Source of the DNA: Myxococcota bacterium
Lineage (GTDB): Bacteria > Myxococcota_A > Polyangia > Nannocystales > Nannocystaceae
Direction: 5' to 3'
NCBI GenBank assembly: GCA_039028615.1
Contig: JBCCHT010000008.1
Span: 32,001-96,000 of the forward strand
Length of the DNA stretch: 64,000 nucleotides
Below, in pieces: positions 38,305 through 47,546 of this stretch (its first letter is position 1; every line of letters starts with the position of its first letter). A model generated the notes under the pieces. That model worked only from the letters and a program-made list of their open reading frames with translations, was not told the DNA's origin and made no database searches. The translations under genes were made by a program, and so were the position numbers.

Positions 38305-39918
38305 ATGCTTTCGCCCTTCTCCCGGTCTGTTCGCTCGTCCTTGGTCACCGCCCTGCTCGCCCTGAGCGTGGCCGCGTGTTCCTCCTCGGACGGGGGCAGC
38401 TTCCTCGACCCGGACTACGGCGACACGCTCCCCTCCGAGCCCGGGGGCACGGGCGTCGGCGAGACCGGGGGTGACGTGCCTCCGCCCGGTGACGAGCCGG
38501 ACGACGACGGCACGGGCGGCGCCGACGACGACGGCGGCCTGCCGCCCGAGCCCGACGACGACGGGATCGACAACGGCTCCGAGGAGCCCGAAGACCTATG
38601 CGACGACGCGAGCGACGTGACGCTCTACCTGTCGCCGGACGACTCCAACTCGATGTCCTCGCCCGTGCAGGTCCGCGAAGCGGTGCTGGGCGAGTGGGGC
38701 AGCGTCGAGGCGGTGGCCATTCGCACCTGGGAGTTCTTCAACTACTACCGCTTCGACTATCCCGCGGCCGAGCCCGGGCAGGTCGTGGTCTCGCCCTCGC
38801 TGCACCAGCCCGACGCGGACGAGGACGGCGAGTACCTGCTGCAGATCGGTGTGAGCAGCGAGCTGCTCGACGAGCAGACGCGTGCCCCCATGGCGATCAC
38901 CCTGGTGCTCGACACCTCGGGCTCGATGGAGGGTCGCTCGATGGACATGCTCAAGGAGAGCAGCATGGCCATCGCCGCCAGCCTCCGCGAGGGCGACACC
39001 ATCTCCATCGTCACCTGGGCCACCGACAACCAGGTCCGACTCGAGCGCCACGAGGTCACCGGTCCCGACGACCCGACCCTGCTCGCCGAGATCGAGGCGC
39101 TCGAGCCCGGCGGCAGCACGGACCTGCACGGGGGCCTCGTCGCCGGCTACGAGCTCGCCCAGTCCTCCTACGCCGCCGGCCTCGTCAACCGCATCGTGCT
39201 CGTGAGCGACGGTGGGGCCAACGCGGGCCTCACCGACGTCGACCTCATCGCCCAGTACGCGGGCAGCCAGGACGAGGACGGCATCTACATGGTGGGCGTG
39301 GGCGTGGGCGACCCGCTCAGCTACCACGACGACCTCATGGACGTGGTCACCGACGTGGGCAAGGGGGCCTCCGTGTTCATCGCCGACCCCGACGAGGCCT
39401 GGTCGATCTTCCACGACGACTTCATCAGCACCATGGCCGTGGCCGCTCGCGACGTGCAGGTGCGACTCGACATGCCGCCCGGCTTCGAGATCGTCAGCAC
39501 CAGCGCCGAGGAAGTGAGCACCGACGTCAGCGAGGTCGAGCCGCAGCACCTGGCGCCCAACGACACCATGGTCTTCCACCAGCGCATCCGCACCTGTGCG
39601 CCCGAGCTGCTCGACGAAGACGCGAGCATCACGGTGACGGTGCGCTATCGCGACGCGGTCACCTTCGAGACCCGCGAGGTCGTGCACGAGCAGCTCATCA
39701 GCGAGCTGCTCCAGCAGAGCCCCGCCCAGCTGCTCAAGGGCGCCGCGATCTTCAGCTACGCCGAGAGCCTCAAGGCCTACAAGAAGGCCGACCTCGAGGG
39801 TCGAGCGTCGACTACCGAAGGGGCATTCCGGGCGCTCGAGCGGGCCGAGGCGGTGCTCGAAGGCGATGCCGACCTGGCGGAGATTCGCGCCGTGCTCGAG
39901 GCCCTCGCCGACGTCTGA
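38305..39918 (+). CDS. VWA-domain lipoprotein (YfbK-like)
   Basis: Lipobox VAAC, acidic linker, IRTWEFFNYY, LVLDTSGSM, GGSTDL, LVSDGGAN. Confidence 0.88.
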   Translation: MLSPFSRSVRSSLVTALLALSVAACSSSDGGSFLDPDYGDTLPSEPGGTGVGETGGDVPPPGDEPDDDGTGGADDDGGLPPEPDDDGIDNGSEEPEDLCDDASDVTLYLSPDDSNSMSSPVQVREAVLGEWGSVEAVAIRTWEFFNYYRFDYPAAEPGQVVVSPSLHQPDADEDGEYLLQIGVSSELLDEQTRAPMAITLVLDTSGSMEGRSMDMLKESSMAIAASLREGDTISIVTWATDNQVRLERHEVTGPDDPTLLAEIEALEPGGSTDLHGGLVAGYELAQSSYAAGLVNRIVLVSDGGANAGLTDVDLIAQYAGSQDEDGIYMVGVGVGDPLSYHDDLMDVVTDVGKGASVFIADPDEAWSIFHDDFISTMAVAARDVQVRLDMPPGFEIVSTSAEEVSTDVSEVEPQHLAPNDTMVFHQRIRTCAPELLDEDASITVTVRYRDAVTFETREVVHEQLISELLQQSPAQLLKGAAIFSYAESLKAYKKADLEGRASTTEGAFRALERAEAVLEGDADLAEIRAVLEALADV

Positions 39919-40796
39919 GCGAGTCCGAGCCCGGCCAGCAGCGAGCGCCCCGTGCCGAGCAGCAGCTCGATGAGCGTGGGCGGCTCGACGCGACCGGGGC
40001 GGTGAATCCCCAGCTGCTTGCCCAGCCGCAGCGCCACGATCCGCCGCAGCGCCACCAGGACGTCGCGCTTGTCGAGGGGGACGACCATCGGCAAGCGGTC
40101 TCCGCCTTCATAGTCGCCGTGCATCGTGACGTAGCTGGCGAGCAAGGGGTTGTCGCCCCGGATGGCATCGGCGGTCACCCGAGGCGGAGGACCCTCGAGC
40201 AGGCCGCGTCGACGGAAGCCCTCGAGCTTGGCGGGAAAGAGCTTCTCCACCAGCTGGGCGCGCAGAAGCTCGAACCCCGGGGCCTGTCGACCGGGATAGG
40301 GATGCACGCGCGGCATGTGCCGGGCCGCGATGAACGACGCCAAGGGGCTGACGTTGGTGGCCAGCAGATACACGTGGCGACGCGAGCCGATGCGGGGCGC
40401 ATGAAAGTCACGCATCGCTCGCAGCACGAAGGGGTGCACCCGCACGACATCGTCATACTCGGGCAGGACCCCGCCTCCGCCGACGCACGCATAGATCGGC
40501 GCTTCGCGGCCCCGGGCCGGATCATAGACCCGCAGCGGGAGCACGGTGAGGTTGGCCCGCCCCACCAGCGCCCCGTGATGCCGATAGAACACCGAGCGCA
40601 TGAAGCAGGCTCGGCTTCGGTCCATATGCGGACCGCCGAGCGGTCGACCGAAGAGCCTCTCGTTGATCTCGTCGGTCTGATCCCGATGGCGTAGGAACGA
40701 GGCGTCGTCGAGGGCGAGCACGTCGGTGTACTCGCTCTCGATGGTGATCTCGACGGTGCGATGAGGTCGGCGGGGTGGGATGATGCTGTGTTTCAT
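39777..40796 (-). CDS. Hypothetical protein, possible GNAT-like fold
   Basis: ATG 40796 overlaps the racemase stop (ATGA); VLPEY..motif-A-like segment; 3' end overlaps the convergent VWA gene. Confidence 0.55.
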   Translation of the reverse strand: MKHSIIPPRRPHRTVEITIESEYTDVLALDDASFLRHRDQTDEINERLFGRPLGGPHMDRSRACFMRSVFYRHHGALVGRANLTVLPLRVYDPARGREAPIYACVGGGGVLPEYDDVVRVHPFVLRAMRDFHAPRIGSRRHVYLLATNVSPLASFIAARHMPRVHPYPGRQAPGFELLRAQLVEKLFPAKLEGFRRRGLLEGPPPRVTADAIRGDNPLLASYVTMHGDYEGGDRLPMVVPLDKRDVLVALRRIVALRLGKQLGIHRPGRVEPPTLIELLLGTGRSLLAGLGLAQTSARASSTARISARSASPSSTASARSSARNAPSVVDARPSRSAFL

Positions 40797-41566
40797 GAGG
40801 GCCTCGAGGCGCGATCGAGCGCGGTGCGGGCAATGATGGAGAGGGGGTCGATCCACTCGGGGCCCCAATGAGGAAGCGCGGACGTCAGCATGGACAGCTC
40901 GGTGCAGCCCAAGATGACGACATCGTTGTCGGCCAGCGCCCGGCAGGCCGGAGCCAGCAGCTCGACGACGGCCGACAGCTCGGTGCCCCGCGGCGGCCCC
41001 GACTTGAGCCCCACCCGGTTGCCCGCGCCGTAGATCGCCTCCATCACGCGGCGATGCAGGGGCTCGTCGACGGGGTGATCGAGCAGCGAGCGGACGGTCA
41101 TGGCCGGGTGGGCCCGCCGCGCGCAGCGACGGTGCAGATCGGTGCGCAAGGTCCCGGTGGTCGCCAGCACCCCGACGGTGGCTCGCGGGCCATGGGTCGA
41201 CTCGATGCTCCGCAGCGTGTGCTCGACCATGTCCAACACGGGCAAGGGCGAGTCGAACTCGGGGTCCTCGAGCCACGCGTGGGCCGTATTGCAGGGCACC
41301 ACGGCAAAGTCGGCCCCCGCCCTCGCGAGGCGCCGTAAGCCGTGGCCGAGCGCGGGGCGAGGCGTGGGCCCGCGCCCGAGCAGCGCCGCCGTGCGATCGG
41401 GGATGCTCGGCGTGGAGCAGACCACCCACGACGGGAAGTCGCGATCGGCGCTACAGCCCCGCCTCCGACACTCGTCGAGCAGCCGCCGCTCGAGCTCCAC
41501 GTGGGCCCACGGACCCATGCCACCGAGAATGCCGATCGTTCGATTCCAGTGCGGGTCGACGTTCAT
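40793..41566 (-). CDS. Aspartate/glutamate racemase family protein
   Basis: IGILGGMGP, IPDRT, PCNTAH, LATTGT, LGCTE (two catalytic Cys); AAGGAG RBS 7 nt before ATG 41566. Confidence 0.9.
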   Translation of the reverse strand: MNVDPHWNRTIGILGGMGPWAHVELERRLLDECRRRGCSADRDFPSWVVCSTPSIPDRTAALLGRGPTPRPALGHGLRRLARAGADFAVVPCNTAHAWLEDPEFDSPLPVLDMVEHTLRSIESTHGPRATVGVLATTGTLRTDLHRRCARRAHPAMTVRSLLDHPVDEPLHRRVMEAIYGAGNRVGLKSGPPRGTELSAVVELLAPACRALADNDVVILGCTELSMLTSALPHWGPEWIDPLSIIARTALDRASRPS

Positions 41567-42363
41567 GCCCATGCTCCTTTGCCTCGACGAGCCAGCGCGC
41601 CGAGGACCCCTCGCTCCGTGACGATCGCCTCGAGCCCCGCCACCACCGCGACGACGGCCGCCATCATCGACATCAGCTCGTGCACCGCGGGGTCGAACAG
41701 CTCGGGCGTACGCACCATCCACGGCGACGCGGACGCGGACGCGGAAAAGCGCCACATCATCAGCAGCGCCAACGCCAGCGCGCGAGCTTCCATGTAGCGC
41801 CCCCGATCCCGGCCCATGGTCAGCAGCGGCGCCCCCAGGTGGACGATGGCAAAGGCGGTGTAGGGACCGATCGAGTCCGGGTACACGTGGCCGTAGACGA
41901 AGGTGAGGTTCCAGATCGAGTAGCCCGCGATCCACAACCCCGACAGCTCGAAGCGCACGCCGTCGTCGGTCGCCTCGATCGCGCGCGGGCCCGGCAGAGC
42001 CACGAGCAAGCCCGCCGCGGCGAGCACGTTGAGCGTGAGACCCCAGTCGAGCGCCTCGGCCACCATCGCCTCGCCGATGTTGAGGACCAGGATCGCGACC
42101 AGCACCGGGCCGGCCGCGATCCGTCGTCGCACCTCGGGCATGCGCAAGGCCACCACCATGCCCGCGGCCAGACACACGGACGCCAGCTTGACCCACGAAA
42201 ACCAGGTGAAATCGGCGTCGCTCGTGCTCCACGGGCCGGCCGCGACCAGCGGGAGGCCCCACAACACCGCCAGGCCCCACCGCGGCGCAGACCGGCGAAG
42301 CGCCCAGCAACCGACGACGGTGAGCCCCGTCGCCGCCGCGATCCATGCAATCGTAGTCACCAT
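41563..42363 (-). CDS. Multi-pass membrane protein (DUF5692-like)
   Basis: WFSWVK, LNIGEA, WIAGYSIWNLTFVY, R..AL motifs; GGAGG RBS. Confidence 0.65.
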   Translation of the reverse strand: MVTTIAWIAAATGLTVVGCWALRRSAPRWGLAVLWGLPLVAAGPWSTSDADFTWFSWVKLASVCLAAGMVVALRMPEVRRRIAAGPVLVAILVLNIGEAMVAEALDWGLTLNVLAAAGLLVALPGPRAIEATDDGVRFELSGLWIAGYSIWNLTFVYGHVYPDSIGPYTAFAIVHLGAPLLTMGRDRGRYMEARALALALLMMWRFSASASASPWMVRTPELFDPAVHELMSMMAAVVAVVAGLEAIVTERGVLGALARRGKGAWA

Positions 42364-42578
42364 TCGACCTCCGCCGAGGAGCCGAACCGAGACCCTTCAT
42401 GGGTTCCGGTGGCGGCTCGCCGACGTCCTGCGGATCACCATAGTCGGCGCGCCCGCGGACGGCCCCGTCCGATTGCGGTCAGTGGCTTCCCAGATCTGGT
42501 CGCGGCCGCCGTGGGGTCATCACGCGTCGAAGAACGACGTCAGACCCACACGGGCCGACGCGGGACCGAGCGCTCGCG

Positions 42579-43484
42579 CTACTTCGGCGAACTCAGGGTC
42601 GGGATCTCGGGCGGCGTCGTGCACCAACGATCGATGGCCCAGCGAACGTTGGGATCTTCGGCGAGCACCTCGGGCACGATGGTCCAAATCGCGATCTCGC
42701 CGCGAATCACGTCGTCCATGACCGGCCGCAGGCCGCCGGTGGGTTGGGCGACGTCGGGCACCTCGGCGTCGGGCAAGAACGCGATCGCATCCCCGTTGAG
42801 CGCCAGCCATCGCACGATGGCGATGTTGGCCGAGACCAGGCTCGGTCGCACGGTGAGACGGCGGCCGTCGGCCTGGGGCAGCGACTCGTCATCACCGACC
42901 TTGGGCACCCACAACGCGAGGTCGCGCTCGCACAGCTCTTCGATGGAACAAGGCGCACCGTGGCGCTCGAGGTAGCCCTCGGAGGCGAGCAGGCGCGTCT
43001 TCACCCGGCCGATCACGCGGCAGCGCCAAGGCCCCGGGGGCGGCCGTAGAGCGAACTGCAGCGCCAGATCGAACTCCTCCGGGTTGAGCTCGTCCAGGGC
43101 GCGATGAAAGCGAACGATGAGCTGCATCTGCGGCCGCTCTTCGCGAGCGATACCGTACCACGCCGCCACCATCTGAGGGGCGAAGCCGTGCGGGAGCAGC
43201 AGCCGCAGGCCACCCCCCGAGCGAGTCGCTCGCAGGCGAGCCGATTGCAGCAGGTTGCCGAACTCCGTGGTCAAGCCGGCCCCGCGCTCGGCCATGAGTC
43301 GACCCGCCGGAGTCAGCTCGGCGCCATCCCGACCCAGCTGGAGCAGCGGCGCCCCCACCAAGGCCTCGAGGCTGTCCAGACGACGCCGCACCGAGGTCCG
43401 CGGCACACCGAGCACCCGCGACGCGCCCGACAGCGAGCCCGTTCGGTGCACGGCGATCAACGTCTCGAGTGCGCTGAGGTCGAT
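42579..43484 (-). CDS. LysR-family transcriptional regulator (apparent ATC start)
   Basis: DLSALETLIAVHRTGSLSGASRVLGVPRTSVRRRLDSLE..LTPAG HTH, then a substrate-binding domain; AAGGAGG 5 nt before ATC. Confidence 0.85.
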   Translation of the reverse strand: MDLSALETLIAVHRTGSLSGASRVLGVPRTSVRRRLDSLEALVGAPLLQLGRDGAELTPAGRLMAERGAGLTTEFGNLLQSARLRATRSGGGLRLLLPHGFAPQMVAAWYGIAREERPQMQLIVRFHRALDELNPEEFDLALQFALRPPPGPWRCRVIGRVKTRLLASEGYLERHGAPCSIEELCERDLALWVPKVGDDESLPQADGRRLTVRPSLVSANIAIVRWLALNGDAIAFLPDAEVPDVAQPTGGLRPVMDDVIRGEIAIWTIVPEVLAEDPNVRWAIDRWCTTPPEIPTLSSPK

Positions 43485-43754
43485 GGCGTCCTCCTTCCAC
43501 GCTCATAGCACGTGAGCGGAAATCTCGATGGCACGGTCGATCGCGTTTCCGCGCGGCCAATCGCAAGCCACCCCCGCGGTCCATGACCAATGTTCCTTCG
43601 CTCCGCCGAGACGACCGACGACCCGAGCGACGACGCGTTGCCGCCTACGACGCCGAGCGGCGGTGACTCTTCGAGGCCCCCTGCGGAGTCTCGGACCGAG
43701 GCATCGACCGGGCGCTCGTACCAGCGACGGCGCGTCCCCCTATCCACCCAGCAA

Positions 43755-43767
43755 AATCAGGCACTTA
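43755..43767 (+). promoter_or_regulatory. IHF-consensus-like site
   Basis: AATCAGGCACTTA fits WATCAR-N4-TTR, in the divergent LysR/ECF intergenic region. Confidence 0.4.
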
Positions 43768-43854
43768 CAGCCCCTCGTCCGCCGATTCGAAAAAAATCGA
43801 CGACGACGCGGGACACTTCGGGGACCCACGGCAACGGGGGAATCGAACCAAACG

Positions 43855-46800
43855 ATGCCTTCTGTGCGCGACTCCGGTGTTCATCATTCCCAGCGGCAGC
43901 TCAGCGACGAGCTGCAGTGGCTGGGTGCGCTCGCGCGACGCGTGGCGCTCAACCGTGATGACGCCGACGACTTGGTGCAGGAGACATGGCTGGCCGCGGA
44001 GCAATCCACCGCCGAGCCCACGCGATCGAAACGAGCGTGGCTGGGCGGGGTGCTCCGCAATCGCGAACGCATGCGTCGGCGGGGTGCAGTCCGTCGGCGA
44101 CAACGTGAACAACGGGTCGCACCGGACGAGGTCGAGGCCTCGCCCGAGGTCGACGTTCACCGCCAGCAAGTGCTGACGGCCGTTCGCGAGGCGCTCGACG
44201 AGCTCGATGAAGGCGACCGGCAGCTGTTGCTGGCGCGCTACTGCGACGAACATGCAGCATCGACCTTGGCCGAGCGCCTGGGCATTCCGGCATCGACGGT
44301 TCGTTCCCGCCTGAGTCGCGCGACGGCTCGGGTGCGGCGGAGCTTGGACGAGCGCTGGGGAGGCGACCGCGGAGCATGGGCTCCCGCGGTGCTGGCCATT
44401 CCCCGTCCCGCGCCTCCGAAGAGCCCCGCCTCTCTCGGATGGAAGGCGCTGCTGGTGGCCGTCATGGGTAAGAAGATCATCGTTGGAGTCGTGGCAGTGC
44501 TCGTCGCTGCCCTGTGGTGGACGAGCTCGCGCAACGGCACGCCGACGGCGACCGCCTCGGCCACGTCCGATTCCGCGGCGGAACGCTCGGCCATCGCCGC
44601 GCGCATGCGGGACGCCCGAAACGACAACCCGCCCGACTCGAGCCCCGGCCGAGTGACGGGCCAGGTCATCGACGCGACCACCGAGCAACCCCTGGCCGGC
44701 TCGGTGATCTTGCTGGCTCCCGCCTCGGGCCCGATGGCCAAGCACCGCCACGGACTGAGCCTGGCCTCGGTGCCGCGGACCCGCACCAACGCCGACGGCG
44801 AGTTCACGATCGAAGACGTGCCCCCCGGGAGCTATCGCGTCACCGCGACCGCGCTGGGCTATCTGCCGGGACGACGCGGCCAGCTGGTGGTCCCTCCCGG
44901 AGCCGATGCCGCCACCACCGTGCTGAAGCTCAGCCCGGGCGGCAACTTGGTCGAGGGCACCATCTCGGACATCGGCGGAGGCCCGGTCGAGGGCGCCTTG
45001 GTGCGGGTGCAGAAGCAGGTCGGCGGGATGTCCCCATCCCCCACCAACCCCGCGGCGGCCTACGGCACCATGTCCGACGACGAAGGCCACTACCGGATGA
45101 CGGTCCCCGACGGCAACTGGAAGATCACCGCGGGCGGCCAGGACTACACCGAGAAGGACCGTCGCCTTCGGCTCGCCAAGGGGCCCGCACGCGCCGACTT
45201 CTCGCTCGTCCCGGGGGCCACGATCCACGGCCGGGTGCTGTCGCAGAGCACGGGACAGCCGGTCGCCAACGCGCGTGTCGGCTTCGACGTCTATGTCCGC
45301 CGCGGCAGCGGATACAGCTCCTACTCGGCCGATCCGCACGAATACGCGGTAACCGACGCCGAGGGCCGCTTCGAGCTGAGCCCGCTCGGACCCGGGGAAT
45401 ACACGCTCCAGGCCAACGCGGCCGGCCTCGCCACGTCGTCGCCCACGCTGGTGCTGGCCGCCCTCGCGGAGGAGATCACCGGGGTCGAGGTCTTGGTCGG
45501 CCCGGCCTTCGACGCCAGCGGCTTCGTCGTCGAGTCCGGCGAAGACCAGCGAGGCATCGGCGGCCTGGAGATCATGGCCATGGACTTCGACCGACGGCTC
45601 AAGCTCTTCGCCGTGAGCGAGCCCGACGGCTACTTCGAGTTCCGCGGCCTCCCGCCGGGGTCCTTCATGCTCGCGGTCTCGGGTCCCGGCGTGGTGCCGA
45701 GCCCCATGGGCAGCTCGATCGAGATCGAGGACCACGGCGTCGACGACCTGCTGGTCGAAATGGAACGAGGCCGAACGATCCGCGGCCGCGTCACGCCTCC
45801 CATCGCGGGGCGCGTACAGGTCCGCCAGCGCCAGTCGCAGGGCGGGTTCGAGATCATGATGAACGGCGCCAAGCTGACCAATGCCCGAACGGAGTTCGAC
45901 GACTCCGGTTCGTTCGTCATCGAGGGCGTGCCAACCGGCGAGTGGAAGCTCGTCGCCACGGGCGAGGACGGCAGCCAAGGGGAGCAAGAGTTCGAGCTCG
46001 ACGATGCTGATCTCGACGATGTCGTGATCTCGTTGTCGCCCCGCACCACGCTGCACGGGCACGTGCGGGACCAAGCCGATCACCCCGCCGCCGGGATGGT
46101 GGTCGAGCTGCAAAAGGGCGTGGACCCCTCGCGAGCGCCGGGCCACCTCAACCGGCCCCGTGCAGCATACACAGCCACCACGGCGGCCGACGGCTCCTTC
46201 GCCATGGTGGGGGTCGACGCGGACTCCTACGACCTCGTCGTTCGCACGGCGGCGGGCCAGCGCGGCGACATCGCCGAGGGCCCCCGCCAGATCACGACCC
46301 GCGACGGTGAGGACGTCGACGACCTCGCCCTGAGAGTCTCACTGCCGGCCGGGCGAGTGGCGGGCCACGTCCTCGGAGCCGACGGGCAGCCCGTGCCCGA
46401 CGCTTGGGTCACGCTGCGAGGCGAGAACGAGTCGACCCATGGCATCACCGATGCCGACGGCGCCTTCGAGTTCACCGAGCTCGCCGACGCCGACTACTCC
46501 GTGTACGCGCGGGGCCCCGATGCCAGCACCAAGGCTTCCGCGCAGGACGTCCGCATCGGCACCCCGGTCGAGCTGTCGCTCGAGGCGTTGGGGGAGATCC
46601 GCGGCGTCGTCACCCGCGGCGGCGAGCCGGTGCCCGAGTTCCACCTGCGTCCCATTCGGGGTCCTCGGGCCCGCAACATCTCCTCGCCAGACGGTTCCTT
46701 CGTGCTCTCTCGCGTCGAGCCGGGCACGCAGAAGCTCACCATCTCCACCGAGGACGGTTCGGCCTACGCCGAGGTCGAAGTCGAGCCGGGGGCCGAGGTC

Positions 46801-47472
46801 GAAGTCGAGCTCGCGATCGAGCCGTGGGGTTCGGTGGAGGGCACCGTCGTCTCGGCTACCGACGGCACGCCACTGGCCGGGCTCGCCTTCAGCGTGTGGA
46901 GCGACGGCGGTGAAAAGAAACGCAGCTCTCGCATGTTGTCGACGCTGATGGGAGGCGGTGGCTCCACCGTCACCGACGACGAGGGTCACTTCTCCATCGA
47001 GGGGCTGGGCGCAGGCGAGGTCACCCTTCGCTTCAAGCAGGGCAGCCGCTTCACCCGCCGTGCATCCATGGGACTGCACGAGTTCACCCTCGACGCGGGG
47101 AGCCACCGGGACCTGGGCACGATCACGCTGCTACCGAGCGTGGACCTGGAGTCGGGCGACGCGGGGCGCCTCGGGCTATCGGCGACCACCAAGCGACCCG
47201 AGACCGCGGGCACCGATGACGAGCCGAAATCCGCGGTGTGGATCTCGTGGATCGATCCCGCGGGCCCCGCCGCCACGGCCGGCCTGCAGGTGGGCGACCG
47301 CGTGCTGTCCGTCGATGGCATCGACGAGTCGAAGGTGGGTACGGAGACGCTCAGGCAGATGCTGACGGCCGGACGCATCAGGGCCGCCCAGCGCTACGTC
47401 CTACGCGTCGAACGAGACGGCGGACCCACCACGATCGCCATCGAGGCCGCCGCCGAGACGAAGAAGAAGTAG
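43855..47472 (+). CDS. ECF sigma factor fused to TM, multiple carboxypeptidase-regulatory-like (Ig/transthyretin-like) repeats and a PDZ domain
   Basis: DADDLVQETW, RAWL, LAERLGIPASTVRSRLSRA; TM near aa 205-225; repeated G.V.....P..GA.V...T..DG.F....PG.Y; GPAATAGLQVGDRVLSVDG. Confidence 0.88.
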   Translation: MPSVRDSGVHHSQRQLSDELQWLGALARRVALNRDDADDLVQETWLAAEQSTAEPTRSKRAWLGGVLRNRERMRRRGAVRRRQREQRVAPDEVEASPEVDVHRQQVLTAVREALDELDEGDRQLLLARYCDEHAASTLAERLGIPASTVRSRLSRATARVRRSLDERWGGDRGAWAPAVLAIPRPAPPKSPASLGWKALLVAVMGKKIIVGVVAVLVAALWWTSSRNGTPTATASATSDSAAERSAIAARMRDARNDNPPDSSPGRVTGQVIDATTEQPLAGSVILLAPASGPMAKHRHGLSLASVPRTRTNADGEFTIEDVPPGSYRVTATALGYLPGRRGQLVVPPGADAATTVLKLSPGGNLVEGTISDIGGGPVEGALVRVQKQVGGMSPSPTNPAAAYGTMSDDEGHYRMTVPDGNWKITAGGQDYTEKDRRLRLAKGPARADFSLVPGATIHGRVLSQSTGQPVANARVGFDVYVRRGSGYSSYSADPHEYAVTDAEGRFELSPLGPGEYTLQANAAGLATSSPTLVLAALAEEITGVEVLVGPAFDASGFVVESGEDQRGIGGLEIMAMDFDRRLKLFAVSEPDGYFEFRGLPPGSFMLAVSGPGVVPSPMGSSIEIEDHGVDDLLVEMERGRTIRGRVTPPIAGRVQVRQRQSQGGFEIMMNGAKLTNARTEFDDSGSFVIEGVPTGEWKLVATGEDGSQGEQEFELDDADLDDVVISLSPRTTLHGHVRDQADHPAAGMVVELQKGVDPSRAPGHLNRPRAAYTATTAADGSFAMVGVDADSYDLVVRTAAGQRGDIAEGPRQITTRDGEDVDDLALRVSLPAGRVAGHVLGADGQPVPDAWVTLRGENESTHGITDADGAFEFTELADADYSVYARGPDASTKASAQDVRIGTPVELSLEALGEIRGVVTRGGEPVPEFHLRPIRGPRARNISSPDGSFVLSRVEPGTQKLTISTEDGSAYAEVEVEPGAEVEVELAIEPWGSVEGTVVSATDGTPLAGLAFSVWSDGGEKKRSSRMLSTLMGGGGSTVTDDEGHFSIEGLGAGEVTLRFKQGSRFTRRASMGLHEFTLDAGSHRDLGTITLLPSVDLESGDAGRLGLSATTKRPETAGTDDEPKSAVWISWIDPAGPAATAGLQVGDRVLSVDGIDESKVGTETLRQMLTAGRIRAAQRYVLRVERDGGPTTIAIEAAAETKKK

Positions 47473-47491
47473 CCAGCCCCGGCCCCAATGC

Positions 47492-47528
47492 ACGAACGGC
47501 CGCGACCACCAGGGTCACGGCCGTTCGT
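47492..47528. terminator. Hairpin between convergent genes
   Basis: ACGAACGGCCG-C-GACC / loop ACCAG / GGTC-A-CGGCCGTTCGT. Confidence 0.7.
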
Positions 47529-47546
47529 CGCGTTCCAGAGCACTCG

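Noticed and set aside
40793..42400. 535-aa ORF suggesting a racemase fusion
   Set aside because: The N-terminal part overlaps the membrane-protein gene in another frame; the RBS supports 41566.
43529..43545. TGGCACGGTCGATCGC sigma54-like element
   Set aside because: GG-to-GC spacing is 11 rather than the required 10.
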